From Vicugna vicugna (lineage: Eukaryota), in the NCBI GenBank assembly GCA_013265495.1, contig MU058000.1:62001-126000 (forward strand): 64,000 nucleotides of DNA, in the 5' to 3' direction. Every line of letters starts with the position of its first letter. Position 1 is the stretch's first letter. The position numbers were made by a program, and so were the translations under genes. Positions 1 to 12,802 of this stretch are shown here, in pieces. The notes under the pieces were generated by a model. The model saw only the letters and a list, made by a program, of their open reading frames with translations. It ran no database searches and was not told the origin of the DNA.

Positions 1-460
1 GCCATAAAAACTGACAACATAACATTATTTGCAGCAACATGGATGCTCCTGGAGAATGTCATTCTAAGTAAAGTAAGCCAGAAAGAGAAAGAAAAATACC
101 ATGAGATCGCTCATATGTGGAATCTAAGAAACAAAAACAAAAACAAAAACACAAAGCATAAATACAAAACAGAAACAGACTCATAGACATAGAATACAAA
201 CTTGTGGTTGCCAACAGGGCAGAGGGTGGGAAGGGATAGATGGGATTTCAAAATTGTACAATAGATAAACAAGATTATACTGTATAGCACAGGGAAATAT
301 ACACAAGATCTTATGGTAGCTCACAGAGAAAAAAATGTGACAATGAATATATATATGTTCATGTATGACTGAAAAATTGTGCTCTACACTGGAATTTGAC
401 ACAACATTGTAAAATGATTATAAATCAATAAAAAATGTTAAAAAAAAAAGAAAGAAAGAG
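1..460 (+). mobile_element. Young LINE-1 3' end (camelid-type), cut by the window start
   Basis: ORF2 C-terminal remnant (gcagcaacatggatg...), 3'UTR with G-rich tract, AATAAA and A-tail. Closely similar to the copy at 44787-45341. Confidence 0.92.
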
Positions 461-1169
461 AAAGGCTGATTTTTCACAGAGTGTAATTCTTCTTATGCAA
501 TTATGATATGCCAAAGTCTGTGATTACATTGGTAATCATCCCTTTCCTTTTTGTACTTCTTCATGAGGTGTTTAAATCCTTGTGGACTATAAATCAAGTA
601 ATTGTTGAATGTGTACTGGCTTGCAACATGACTTAACACTTTTTTTCTACTCCCAAGGCCTTTCATCCAAACCTCAGAGAGTACTTTACATTTCTGTACT
701 CACTAGAATATCTCATTCTCCTGGGTGGGTAACAGGGATTCAAATCTGCTCAGAGATGGAGAGGCCAAGGGAAAGAAGACTACAAGGTCACTGTGTGACA
801 CTGACCATTCTAAAAACTGAATCCCCTAAACCAACAGTAACTGATATCTGACTTCTAAAGAACATTCCTCATCCAAAACTTTACAGGCATTTTTAATTTC
901 TGGAATGATTTTCCACACCTGTGGAAAAGGGCAATTCTTTTTTTTTTCTCCTTCTTTTCAGTAATCATGAAAGTAATGAATATTATTTTTTTTTAATTTA
1001 GCAAGTATAAAGTATAAAGGAGAAAAAAATACAAAAATAAATTGCTAATTAATTCATTTTCATTAAAAAATACTCATATAAATCTTAGGACATGCCACAC
1101 ACCTTTTTACTTAGAGACAACTTTCCACTTTGCCTCTTGGTACTCACTTTTTCCCCTTTATATAAATCT

Positions 1170-1350
1170 GGGAGATAGCATGGTATAGTGGGAAGAGAAG
1201 ATCTTTAGCATCAGACCAACGTGTGTCTAAATCCTGGCTCTGACACTTACTGTGTGAAGCTGACTTAAGTCATTTAAACATTCTGAGCTCCATTTCCTTA
1301 TACATAAAAACAGTGTATTAATCGAGCAATGCAGGCTTTCTAAGGATTTG
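1170..1350 (+). mobile_element. MIR SINE
   Basis: Core aaatcctggctctgacacttactgtgtga...aagtcatttaa...tctgagctccatttcctt. Confidence 0.75.
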
Positions 1351-3539
1351 AGTAATTTCTGCTCTGTTGGGCAAAATCTAGGCTGTTTGGGACACCAGCC
1401 CATTAGCCCCTCCCAGATCTTTGTTCTTCACCAACCTAGAGGGACACAATTAAGGAGGATTTTTTTTTCCAAAAATCATAAAAAGATGACTAGAGTAGGG
1501 AATATGGGGATATGGGCCACTGGGAGAGTGGCCAAGACTTCCCCAAGATTCAGAGAGTGAAGACAGATTCTTTTCCCTGGGCCAAGCTTGCAAATTCCCA
1601 AGTGCATTACCAACTACAAAGCACTCCATGTTAACACACCATTCAGCGCAACGATTGTTAGGTTCTCAAGCAAAGTTGTACACTCAACACAGAAGAGGAT
1701 GTATGCAGGGCAAGTAGGGCTGTGTAATCTTAAATTATAGTGAGTTAAATGGGAGCCTTTGAGAAATGATTAGGTTTATCCATAGTATTTGCGGGCCTCT
1801 CCTGCCAGCTCACATACCGCGGCCACAATGGGAGTGAAGGAATCATGGGACCTTCCATACAGCCTTGCCAATTCTCTTTTCTAGTAGGAAGCTGATTATT
1901 CAGTTTGGAAATTAACCCAGATTCCTTGTTTCTCTTTCTGCCTACTTTCCTCCACTGTTTTCTGATCAGTTCACTTATTAGAAGCTCTGCCAGAGGGTAG
2001 AAAGGAACACGTTCAGGAAGCACTGAGTCAATGTTTCATTGTTTTCTAGTAACACAGATAAAAGTTATTTGGGGGACTATACTCATGATTGTCCTTTACT
2101 CTTGATTATGCAAATGACAGATCAATCAAAGCCCCTGGTAGAATTATCTTGTTTTCTATACCAATACTCCATTCTTTAGAACTGGACATTCACAAGTTAC
2201 CATCTCCTTTTTCCCTCATTACCATGAACAAATTAAAATCTGGGTGTACCAAAACTCTCCCAGAGGTTTTATATTTATTTTTAGCTTCACATATTGATCC
2301 AAAACTAGTTTGGAAAAAAAAAAAGTGAATTTCATCTTTGAACTGATGAGAACAATTTACAACATACTGAATACATCAACAATTAAATATAATTTAGTTT
2401 CCTGGCTTATAATCTGATTTTATGAAAACTATAGCTAGCTGTTCAGAAAATTTTTAAGAATGTTATTTTCTAACCACCTTGCCACCATGCAATATTTATT
2501 GTTACTGCAGAGATTTTTCCCCCCTTAGCCCCAGCTCAAGATCACTGCATGCCCTAAAGCACATCACAGTATGCCCTGGAGCATATCTTGGAAATCAGAA
2601 GTGACTCTTTAAATCACCTAATTTCACATCTCAGCAGCTATGGTTTGGTCAATATCTGTACAGAGTATACACTGAGGCAGAGGTTAAAAACACAAAGACA
2701 AAACCCCAAACTGAGTGGAATAAATAACTTGCCTTCAGGCAGAAAGACTCTTTACTTTTGTCGACTTTGCTTTTATAATAATCATTTCAGAAAAGATTAG
2801 CACCTCAACATCCACAAAACAACTCTCCCACCAAAGTGTTTTTAAAATAATTAGGCGCTGTCTTTATTACATGTGAGTTGTCAAACAGAAAGAGATGTCT
2901 CTGGAGTCTGCTTCCAGGTGATATATCACTTCTGATCTTTATTTGTTCAATTTGAAGATTATTGCTTTTCATATTGCCTGTGAGCCCTTGGAAGCCAAAA
3001 ATGAGATCCAGCTATCAAAATCTAGGCAAGCTATCTATTCAGAATCCCTAAAAAAGGCTCAAGTATGCAGATTCAACTATGAACATAAATATACTTTAAT
3101 TTTATTCTTAAAATTGCAGAAGAAAGTACATGGACTTTAGAGAATGGCAAAAATTGCTCTGTGACCTTCATCAACTTAATTAGGCCCAGGTTTTTGTTCT
3201 GCAAAATGGATTTAGAAATACTTACTTCATAAGATATTTGTAAAGTCTAACACAATTTTCATTTGTAAACTTCCCAGAGGATTACTTGTCACATAAGAAT
3301 CATTCGAATATTCACTTTCTTTATAAGCAAATTTGAAGTTAGGTAAAATCTGCCTGTTATGTTACAGGCGGGACAACACAATTTGGAAACAGAAATACCT
3401 CCAGGGGAATATCTTTTTTTCTTAAGTGTCCAAAGAAAGAGGGTTGTTTTGTTTGGTTTTGATTTACTTTTGTTTGAGGCTCTGCTATAATACCACACAG
3501 AAAGCTAGGCATTCAGTATTTATTTCTCTCTGGACCACA

Positions 3540-3960
3540 GCAGTAGGGGCTGACTCCCTATTATCCATTCCACCCCCCAAAGAATTGGCCCAAGTAAACA
3601 CTGATAATTCCATACTTTCTGTCAGTGATGGGTTCAGGAGTAAACAATTCTGGTCAAAGAGGTATGGGGCAAATTAGGAAGAGGACACTTGCTAAAAGAT
3701 TGCCACATCATATAATTATTTCTCTCCTACCTCTGGACTTGGTCATCTGGGGGCATAATTCTCAGAGCTAGAGTAGCTATTTTGTGACTAGCATGTGGAT
3801 GAAACAAAATCCAGGGATGGCAGAGGGCAATATCATGGAGTTGCTGAAACAGCCAACCCTGGAGTCCATCCTGCTTCTGGACTTCTTATATAGGAAATGA
3901 AACATGTCCTTGTGTGAGTCAGTCTGGGTCACTTGGAGTTAACAAATCAAAACACCATTC
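3540..3960 (+). mobile_element. Old ERVL-type solo LTR (LTR16/LTR33-like)
   Basis: agccaaccctggagtccatcctgcttctggacttcttatataggaaat and gctattttgtgact resemble this family's 3' half; identified by recall. Confidence 0.5.
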
Positions 3961-3989
3961 TAGCTAAAAAAAAGCAGCTATCCCCTTGT

Positions 3990-4690
3990 TTCTATTCTTT
4001 CCCCTAACAGTTTATTCTTAACACACTATCCAATGTGATTTCTTAAACTCATATCTTCTCATTTCCTGCCTTAAAATCATCTGGTGGCCTCCTATAACCC
4101 CTTAGAATAAAATCCAAAATCAGCACCAAGGCTTCTCTAAGTTGCCTTCTGCTAGCAACTCTAGAGGGGCCTCCAGTAAGATGGACAACAGCATCCTGTT
4201 TCCACTTCTCCAACATCAACTCCTGCCCACCTTATCTTCTTTAGCTCTGCTACAGCCACAATAGCCTTCTTTCTAGTCCTTGAACATAGCTTCCTCACCT
4301 CATGGCCTTCATTCTTGTTGTTCCCTCTGCCTGGAATGCTCTTTTCCCAGTTCTTATTTCATTTCCTTCTCAGGTCAGTCACCTTCCCAGAGAGGCCTTA
4401 ATCATCCTATTGAAAATAACAGCTTACATACTCACCTAAACCATCCTATTAAAAATAACAGCTTACATACTCACCTAAACCTAGCTCCCTACTTCAGAAT
4501 GCTACCTTATTTTCTTCATAGCACACATCATTATCTCGAATCATATTATTCATTCGTCTTCCACACTAAAATGAAAACTCCATGAGAGTAGGCAGCTTGT
4601 CTGCCACGTCTGCCCTTGTATCTCCAAGGCCTTGCTCGGTGCCCTGCACGTAGCAGGCATTCAGTGAGTATCTGTTGAATAAATGAAAGG
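3990..4690 (+). mobile_element. LINE-2 3' fragment
   Basis: tagaataaaatccaaa, gttccctctgcctggaatgctctttt and the terminal ...gtagcaggcattcagtgagtatctgttgaataaatgaa. Confidence 0.85.
4403..4480. repeat. 39-bp tandem duplication within L2 (2 copies, 1 mismatch)
   Basis: catcctatt(g/a)aaaataacagcttacatactcacctaaac x2. Confidence 0.95.
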
Positions 4691-5629
4691 CAGAGCTATT
4701 GCAGGGATAGGAGTAACTCAGCCTGAAATAAACAGACAATAGAGAAAGAGGGATCAAAGGAGACAGAAGAAACATATTCAAAAGAAGCCTTGATAGAGTA
4801 ATTAAAATATAAAAAGTACAGACAGAAACATGTAACACAAAGGAAATAGCTATAAATACCAATGGCTAGAAGCCCAGCTCTGAGAGAAGAAAAATAAATA
4901 GATGCTGCTTTAGTACAAAAACAAATCTGAATATAAAGAGGAGGACATGGCACACAGATACCAAAGGGAGGTTCTAAGGGGAAGTAAGCCCCACAGGCCC
5001 AGGAAGTCAAAAGGACCTGAAATCTAAATTGGAAGACCCCAAAAATGTAAATGTAATTGTAGCCGATCAAAAACAAAAAGTTTGGAATTGCATATTCCCT
5101 ATCTTCTTTCTGGGGGAAAAAATACAAAAGATTGGAAAGAGATAGAACTCTGTCTCTAGGAAACTGCTGAAAATTTGAGAAGTATGTAAACATAGGAGGG
5201 GCACAATATTTTTAAATACCTCTTTAAATAGTATTAGGATGACATGCTCTTTGAAATAAACATACAAAAAGTTAGTGACTTAGGAAAATGAACAGGAAAT
5301 ACAAGGAAAGATGTAAGGAGCCTAATGAAATGTTGAATTATCTTTTCCATTCACGCAACAGTAGAGCCAAAAATAAGTCTCCCAAAGCTTAGAAACTAGA
5401 ACCTGAACTAGATTTAAGACTGGAGTTGTAAACTGGATAGTCTTTTAACACTTAAAGTGACTAGAAGTTATAAATCTGCCCAAGATGTGGCTAAGGAATT
5501 TACTACCAGGAAAGGAAGAGGGACTCAATGTAGGAGGACATTGAGGAGTGTTTAAACGAAAATAATTCCTGCTAAGTTGGAGCTGACCTAGTTGAAACTG
5601 TTCAATAAACTGGAATTTTCTAATTCTGG

Positions 5630-5780
5630 TTGGTCCCCTTCCAGCTGTTGACCTTAGGCAAGTAACTTAGCTTACTTTTGCCTTATCTATGAAATGGGGA
5701 TTCATGAGATAAGACATATAAAGCACTTAGAAAGTGAACTAGACCCATAATGTGTTCAATTCACACCAGCTTTATCATTA
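5630..5780 (+). mobile_element. MIR SINE
   Basis: gaccttaggcaagtaacttagc...tatctatgaaatgggga...aagcacttag. Confidence 0.75.
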
Positions 5781-5859
5781 TAATTCACATTACCTCATAT
5801 CATCAAAAAATCAATGTGCCTGACAATAAATGGAGATGGGAATACGGGACATAAACTCA

Positions 5860-6020
5860 CATGCATTCTAAGGAATGAAGTGTGAAAAAGGAGAGGTAGG
5901 GGAAGTAAGGAACTGGAGAGTAGATGACTGACCTAATACATTCAAATTCAAATTTTTAAAAATCTTGATGGGCCAAACAAAAACCAGTCTACAGACAAAT
6001 TCTTGAAGCCTTGAAGATTG
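5860..6020. mobile_element. MER45-like hAT non-autonomous element
   Basis: acattcaaattcaaatttttaaaaa...gggccaaacaaaaac signature; identified by recall. Confidence 0.5.
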
Positions 6021-6279
6021 CGATTTTCAAAATAATTTCAGCATCTCATTTAACTTTAACTGGTCTGTCTTGACTTCCCTGTTTTAGCCAATGGTGCCAG
6101 CATTCACCCTGGACTTGACCTACCCAGTCAGCTCTGACCCCTTCTCCCTTATTGCCTCTTTATCCTGTTAATTGCCACATCCTATTTCTGCCTCCATTCA
6201 ACAAATCCTCAGCCTCCTCTCCAAAATAAATTCTGACCCCCTCTATTCACCCACTTCCACACCTATTCCTGCAAACCTA

Positions 6280-6700
6280 GGGTCTCACAACAGAAAGGTC
6301 TGTTTTTCTTCTTCACTGCTTTGATGGTCAGCAGGGGCAGATCTGCTTAAGTCTTAGTTGGCCTTGCTCCAGGCCTTGGGTCAAGAGCAAATTTACATCA
6401 CATATCTCTCACCCTCCTTAGACCAGCAGCTATTTGGAGCATGTACTTCTTATGGAAAACAGCAAGAGCACAAAAGAGTAAACAAGAAAAGCACAATCTC
6501 TTTTGAAGTCTCAGCCCAAAACTGGCGTACTGTGACTTCTGCCTACATTCCACCGGCCAAAGCAACCCACATGGCCAATCCCAGCATCAATGAGGCTGAG
6601 AAATATACTCCACTAGCTCTAGTGGGAGGTACTGCAAATCATATGGTAAAGTGTGTAAATGCATAGGTCTAACAAAGGGAGACTATGGATAATTGTGAAT
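6280..6700 (-). mobile_element. MaLR LTR (MLT1J/K-like)
   Basis: gacttctgcctacattccaccggccaaagcaacccacatggccaatcccagcatcaatgagg...aaatatactcc is typical of antisense MLT1. Confidence 0.75.
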
Positions 6701-6799
6701 GAGGAATGAATCAATAAGCAAGATCTCACCCTTTGGTCACAATTATTCATGTCCCTCTTATACTTAAATTACACTTAACCTCTCCCTAAGAAGCACAAG

Positions 6800-7000
6800 G
6801 ATGGAGACATGTGGAGCAGAACTGACTCCAACCACAGCCTAGAGCCAACTCTAACGCAGGTGACCCACAGCCTAAAACAGAGCTGCTCAGCTAAGCCAGA
6901 CTAAATCAGCAGACTTATAAATGGGAAAATATTTAAGACACTGAGTTTGAGGGCAGTTTTAGTAGTCAGTATTTATGTGGCACTAGCAGATTACTGTAAC
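6800..7000 (+). mobile_element. MaLR LTR 3' part (MLT1I/H-like)
   Basis: acatgtggagcaga...cagctaagccagactaaatcagc...taagacactgagtttgagg...gtggcactagc. Confidence 0.65.
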
Positions 7001-7232
7001 GCTTTTCCTCATAATTTTCCTAAGTCCTTGACGTGACTTCAATACTCCCTCAACCTTCTTAAATCCTTCCTGTGTCTTAGGTTGACCCAAATCTCCCTCC
7101 AGTTCCTGTGTCTTCTTCTCAACTCCAATAATGTCTGTAGAAGTGGTGCTACTTACTTTGTTCTTTAAATACAGTCACTCTGTGTATTTTTGGAAACTTG
7201 TTTGCTTATATTTCAACTTTGTGAATAGTCAT

Positions 7233-7950
7233 TATCACACCAAGGTTATTACAAGGGCTTTTCCATTGCTCCCTTATTTGGTAACAGTATTTTGAGTTCT
7301 AATAGAGAATACTTAATTGTCAATCAACTTGGTTGGTTTTTATTATGAGCATGCTGTTGTTTGTAATGAAGTAGCAGTTTCTCATTTCTTTTACTAACCC
7401 TGCCAACAAGTGCTGGTTGGATAAACTAAACACCTTTCAATTTGCCCTATACATCTGTTATTAAACGTAACCTTGAACTCCTACTATGTAAATAATGACA
7501 AAAGCTGGGAGCACAAAGATGAAAACAGGATCCAGCTTCTTGCTCTCATATCCAACACACCAGGCTCAGCTGCTTCATTAAATTTTAAACTAAAGCAAAG
7601 AGTTAAGGGCAAGGGTTATTTTATTCTTTCTTGGTCTTCTTATAGTACCAAGAAACAGAACTTTTCCAGAGTAAGTTCCCAATAAGCAGTTGTGTTGTTG
7701 TTAAATGGCATATCACACCAAGGTTATTACAAGGGCTTTTCCATTGCTCCCTTATTTGGTAACAGTATTTTGAGTTCTAATAGAGAATACTTAATTGTCA
7801 ATCAACTTGGTTGGTTTTTATTATGAGCATGCTGTTGTTTGTAATGAAGTAGCAGTTTCTCATTTCTTTTACTAACCCTGCCAACAAGTGCTGGTTGGAT
7901 AAACTAAACACCTTTCAATTTGCCCTATACATCTGTTATTAAACGTAACC
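7233..7950. repeat. Two identical 240-bp direct repeats (7233-7472 and 7711-7950) around a 238-bp unique spacer
   Basis: By-eye comparison of tatcacaccaagg...attaaacgtaacc found no mismatch. Confidence 0.95.
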
Positions 7951-8479
7951 ATAAATTAGATAAAGCGATGGGATTCTCAAAGGAGAATGTCTTAAAAAAA
8001 AAAACAGTTTATCAAATTATAACCTCAAAATAATAGTGTCAATTTTGTATATCATAATCACTGATTTCCGTTAAATTTTGTTGACTATTGGAAACAGAAT
8101 TTGACTGTATGAGTCAAGAGCCTAGTTTTGTGTACCTTCAGTAATAGGGTATCTTGCATCAGTATTTTTATTAGTAGTACAATAAATAACTATGAGATGG
8201 TCTATTTTTCAAAAATAATGTCAATTAAAAAAATAGTTAACATAAAAGAATTAAGAGTACCAGGTCATGGTGGAACATAGTATAATACAGACAGAACATA
8301 TCAAAGTTATCATACATGGCCACTTACATAATTTAACTCAATCACACACAGGACTGTCTTAGATCAGCTGACTTTGGAAAATAACTGCACTGCTAATATT
8401 CAGTCACTATCAATAATTCTTAACTTCAGAGAAGTTAAATCAGTTTCTTCCCCTTGCTCTCCCAATAACCAGTGACAGC

Positions 8480-8670
8480 TGTTGTAGTGGAAAGAACGCT
8501 TGGCTAGGAATCAGGAAATTTCATTGCTAGCCCTGGCTTTCCTACTTACGAAGTGTGAATTTGGGCAGGTCATTTAACCTCTGTGCAGGGTAACTGTAAA
8601 TTTAGGAAAAGATCATCTATAATAAGCATCTTGGAAAATAAAAAGCTTTATACAAATTCACAATAGTATG
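8480..8670 (+). mobile_element. MIR3/MIR SINE
   Basis: gtagtggaaagaacgcttggctaggaatcagg...tttgggcaggtcatttaacctctgtg. Confidence 0.7.
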
Positions 8671-10439
8671 TATATATATGTATGTGTGTATTATGTATGA
8701 AAGACATCATTAATGATACAAATCCACCTATAAATGTATTTGTTCATATATGCATATGAACACACATATATATGTGTGTTCATTATAAAGATACACACAC
8801 ATACACATTAGTTAATTGAGAACTTTTACTTTTTAGGATTTATGTTCTGGCTGCTTCTAAAATGAGTCAAGACAGCTACCGATTAACATACAAAGCAAAG
8901 GTGCAATGAGAAGCTTTAAAATGAAACAAAGTCCACAGAGATGACATTTAAGAAGTATTTTTTTACTGAAGCCCTCCTGTTCTTCACTGATGGCTGACAG
9001 CAAAGCAGATAAGGGGACTTCTGTAGTAATAACAGGTTACCAGTAATTTACTGAATACTTGTGAACTCCCCACTCCCAGCCACAAATGAAAGTTAGAATC
9101 CTAACAATGACCTACATCTAACCATACAGTCTCACCCATATCCCATTCCTCTGTCCCTCTCTCCCTGGGTGATCTGGTTAATAGGTCAGCTCCGCCAGAG
9201 TTTTCTGGTTGTAACATCTGGGAGGTGTCACGTTCCCACAGTGGAGGACAAGGCACACATTCATTAGGCTTGTACCCTAAATTCGGCAGGATTGCTACTA
9301 TAACATTCTTTAAAAATTTTTCCTAATGATTATCTTTAATCATGAGATTAAGGAACAAGATGACAAGGACAAGAATGACTAACCTTTCCTTTTCCTAGTC
9401 CTATACCACATCATAGTGTTATGTGAGGTACATTCCTTTTTACATACAGGAATTAACTTCACTGTGAGGTGGAGGATAATACAAATACCTTTGATTCATC
9501 AGCTCAGACAATACCATGCTACTTGAAACTATCCATCAATTTCCTTTGAGCTTTATTTTAAAACAACCAAAAGAAAAGCACTGCATTTCATGGCTTCAAT
9601 CCTTAACATGAACCATAAATAGATTAGACTGTCTTTTTATTGGACAGATTAGCATTGACAGTCATCTACCTCAAACTGAAACTTGGCAGAGTAAAATCAC
9701 TAGATTAACATTGGGACTAGCAAAAGATGACACTGGGAATTCTCCCCCATGCCCCAGTCTTTTAAGAAATGATAACATACATAATCGGTTAAAAATCTCT
9801 GCACAGATGGCATGAAAACAAAAAGCAAAAGCTGGTCACTGAACATCATTTTAGCACTATATTCTACTGCTGTGCTTGGCCTCATTGCTTAACCAAAGCA
9901 TCACTTCAGAAGGGTCTTCAGGCATTAAAAAATGATCACAATTGAGACACAGATCTTTCAGAAGCTGAAATTTCTTCTCCAGACTCGTAATTTTATTTTC
10001 TGATACTTAAAAGAAAAAAAATCCCTAAAGAAGAATTCTGCAGCAATGAGGTCAACGTTGGCCACCTTAGAACTGATCCATAATATGCCTTTCTTCCAAA
10101 GGAGACCTCCAAATGCAGTCTTATTTAGTATCACAGTGTACCTGCCAAATAGGCCGCAGAGAGCGCCAGCCCTGACAAATGGAGGCCTGAGTGTCATCCC
10201 AGCCACTCGTCATGCAGACAGAACAAGGGGAAGCAGTGATGGCCACAAATTCTACTCATTTCTTGAATGTGGATTTTTGAGTTCATATGTCAATGGCAGA
10301 CTCCTCAGGCAGGTTCAGAGTAAATAGAATACATTAGGAATGCTGGTCCTTGTGATTTGAATTTATCCAGTCTCACAGAGCAACTGCAAAGGGACAAAAT
10401 GTATGCAAGTAAACATAGTTTAGTTGATCCCGGACTCAC

Positions 10440-10597
10440 CTGACTCCTCTTGTCCTCTTGGGAGCTGTAAATACCTGCCCAGATTGGCAGGTGTCAGCTA
10501 GAACAGAGACAGTGGAGTGAGAGAGGAGCCCCAAACCCTTAGTCTTTATATGCCCCTTCTCTCTCTGTTCAAACATCCTCTTCACTCTGATTGGCTT
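10440..10597 (-). promoter_or_regulatory. CCAAT/TATA/Inr core promoter with putative 79-nt first exon (10518 to 10440)
   Basis: Minus strand: AGCCAATCAG (CCAAT 10590-10594), TATAAAG (10544-10550), Inr TCACTCC (A at 10518), donor CAG|GTGAGT (GT at 10439-10438). Confidence 0.55.
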
Positions 10598-11169
10598 CTG
10601 GTTCTCTCACTGTCCCTTGCCTTTGAAGTGTTCTCCACTCAGCAGCTTTCAAGGTTAATGTCTCTTACTCCCCCAAAGCATCTACGCACGTCCTGGACAT
10701 GTATGTGTATTTCCAGTGACCCAAAGTGACAGAATGGGAAGTAGCTTCTTGCAACTCCTTTTCCTGGAGACTTGTCTCTCCCTTGCACTGCTTGCCTTGG
10801 CTCTTCTAGAAGGCTATGGGAGGTTATCTGTTCTTTTCACCCACAGGTTATAAACCACAACATGGTTCTGTTTTAAAAGGATGATCAGTGTGGCTGGCAA
10901 ATCACTGCCAGAAAGAAAACTCAGGTTCCATATTTGAACCTCAACCTCATCTTCCAAATGAGCATCTCCAAAAATTATGAACCCATTATTGCCTTTCTCT
11001 TTGTCATCTTTTTAAACAGATTAACAGTATTTCCTTTCCTAATCTGATTTTTTTCATTTTTCTTCTGTATAAAGTTTTCTTTATAAAATTTCTTCTGACA
11101 AAATTGAAGCTATTGGTTTTTTTCTAAAAAGAAAAAAAATCTTTATTCCTAGCTTCCCACACCATACTT

Positions 11170-12070
11170 AAGAATGAACACGTGATTTCCAAAGAGCAAT
11201 AACTGGAATAATTTTTTGTCATTCCAAATTCATTACTTGACTGCAAAAATGAATACTCAGGTCAAATTCTGTCATAATGGGACAAAGGAGTTTCCAAGTT
11301 CCTTTCCTGGGGTGAAATTTTATTATACCCATTATTGAGTGAAAGCAAAAGAGAAGCTTAGGAATCATACACCTGTGCATTGTCTTTGCTTCCATAATGG
11401 TGTTCAATGAAATGGCAGATATTCAAAATACCTTTTCTTAAATTTCGTCATGACCATTTCTGATAACCAGAATGTGATAGCATGACTCCCTACATGTAAT
11501 TGAATTTTACAGCTTTGGTCTACACAGTGACTGCAAAAACATTTTTACAAAATCACGTTTAATTGAATTTAACTGATTTCTGCCAAATAGATAAATATCA
11601 GCTTTCTCTGAAGACTTCATTTCAGTGAAATTCAATTAGTAATGAGATTGAACATTTTCAACAATAAATTTATAACATACTAAATTTAATCTCCTGAAAT
11701 CTTGAACCAATGTATCCCTTCTTCCCAATTACTCTAGATGGAGATGTACTGAATGTCCTCTCAGAATTCTCAAGTGTTGAGTTATTTTTGATTCAGAACA
11801 TTTCCACTGGTTGCCCTTGAGTAGACATATCATATTATCACATTACTTTTGGAATCTCTTTAGACTGTGACCGACATTCTCAGCAAGGCAACTAGATATG
11901 AACACCTCCTCCATCGACTTTTTTAAAATGACATCTCCCTTGAGTAACTGGTCACTTTGCAAGGCCTCAATCCAATGAGTTGAGTACATGTGTTATATAT
12001 TCCAAAGAACTGTAGGATTTTTTTTTTTTGCTCAACTTACAAGTAACAAGAACTTTATTAATATCTCGCC
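11170..12070 (-). mobile_element. Heavily decayed hAT (Charlie-like) transposase remnant
   Basis: Minus-strand fragments with stops and frameshifts occur in hAT order: MEEVFISSCLAE, FCSHCVDQSCKI (cf. SxxLDESTD), VIRNGHDEI*EKVF*ISAISLNT, KIIPVI (cf. KIVSVTTDG). Confidence 0.5.
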
Positions 12071-12173
12071 ACATATTTGAGTTGTGAAGTTCACCACATT
12101 GTCCTAGAGAATTATATTCCTCAATATTTCTTGCATTTTCTTGCTTCCCATCCTGCACTCCAATTAATACACA

Positions 12174-12390
12174 TACAAGTATCCCCCACTTTTGGAAAGC
12201 TTGCTTTACGCAACTTTGCTTTCACAAAAGGCCTATGTCAGCCCCTGTTCTCCCTTACTGGAAGAAATCTGAATAGAATTTTTGGTTTTACAAAAAAAGA
12301 TATGTGGTTTTTTCTTCACATTATGCCATTTCAGCTTATTAAAGGTTTCATAGGAACGCTGTTTTCAGGTAGTAAGGGAAATGTGTGTAT
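12174..12390. mobile_element. Tc1/mariner (Tigger-like) MITE
   Basis: Begins TA-caagtatcccccacttttggaaag and ends ...gtaagggaaatgtgtgta; family assigned by recall only. Confidence 0.45.
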
Positions 12391-12479
12391 GTGCACACGT
12401 GTTCATCTATAGTTAAAAAGTTCTAGGTCAAGTCCCACCTACTTAACTCACAATTAAAAAAAAAGGTTTTTTTGAGGAA

Positions 12480-12802
12480 GTAGAAAGATACAAACTTTTA
12501 GTTATAAAATAAGTAAGTCATAGAGATGTAATGTATACCCTGATGACTATAGTTAATTATCCTGCATTGCCTATTTGAAAGAGAGTAGATCTTTTTCAGT
12601 CCTTATCACAAGGAGAATAATTTTTGTCACTATGTATGGGGAATACCTGGTCACCTTGCAAGGTTAGATGGGGACAGATGTGGTGAGAGATAGATTTATT
12701 GTGGTGATCATTTCTCAACATATACCAACACTGAATCATTATGTTGTACACCTAAAACAAATATAAAGTTATGTATCAGTTATACCTCAATAAAAAAGAA
12801 AA
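12480..12802 (+). mobile_element. LINE-1 3'UTR (L1MA9/L1MB-like)
   Basis: gactatagttaat...ttgtggtgatcatttc...gaatcattatgttgtacacctaaaac...tatacctcaataaaaaa. Confidence 0.85.

Noticed and set aside
4566..5267. Hydrophobic minus-strand ORFs of 66-165 aa
   Set aside because: The Phe/Leu-rich composition simply reflects an A-rich plus strand; no recognisable domain or exon structure.
7233..7950. Interpretation of the A-B-A repeat as an LTR/TRIM retroelement or CRISPR-like array
   Set aside because: No TG...CA termini, primer-binding site, polypurine tract or short outer TSD seen; only two long units in mammalian DNA.
10384..10439. Intron joining the 10440 donor to the acceptor ttttgtccctttgcAG at 10384-10385
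   Set aside because: Only 56 nt, below the usual minimum for mammalian introns; the resulting peptides are unrecognisable.
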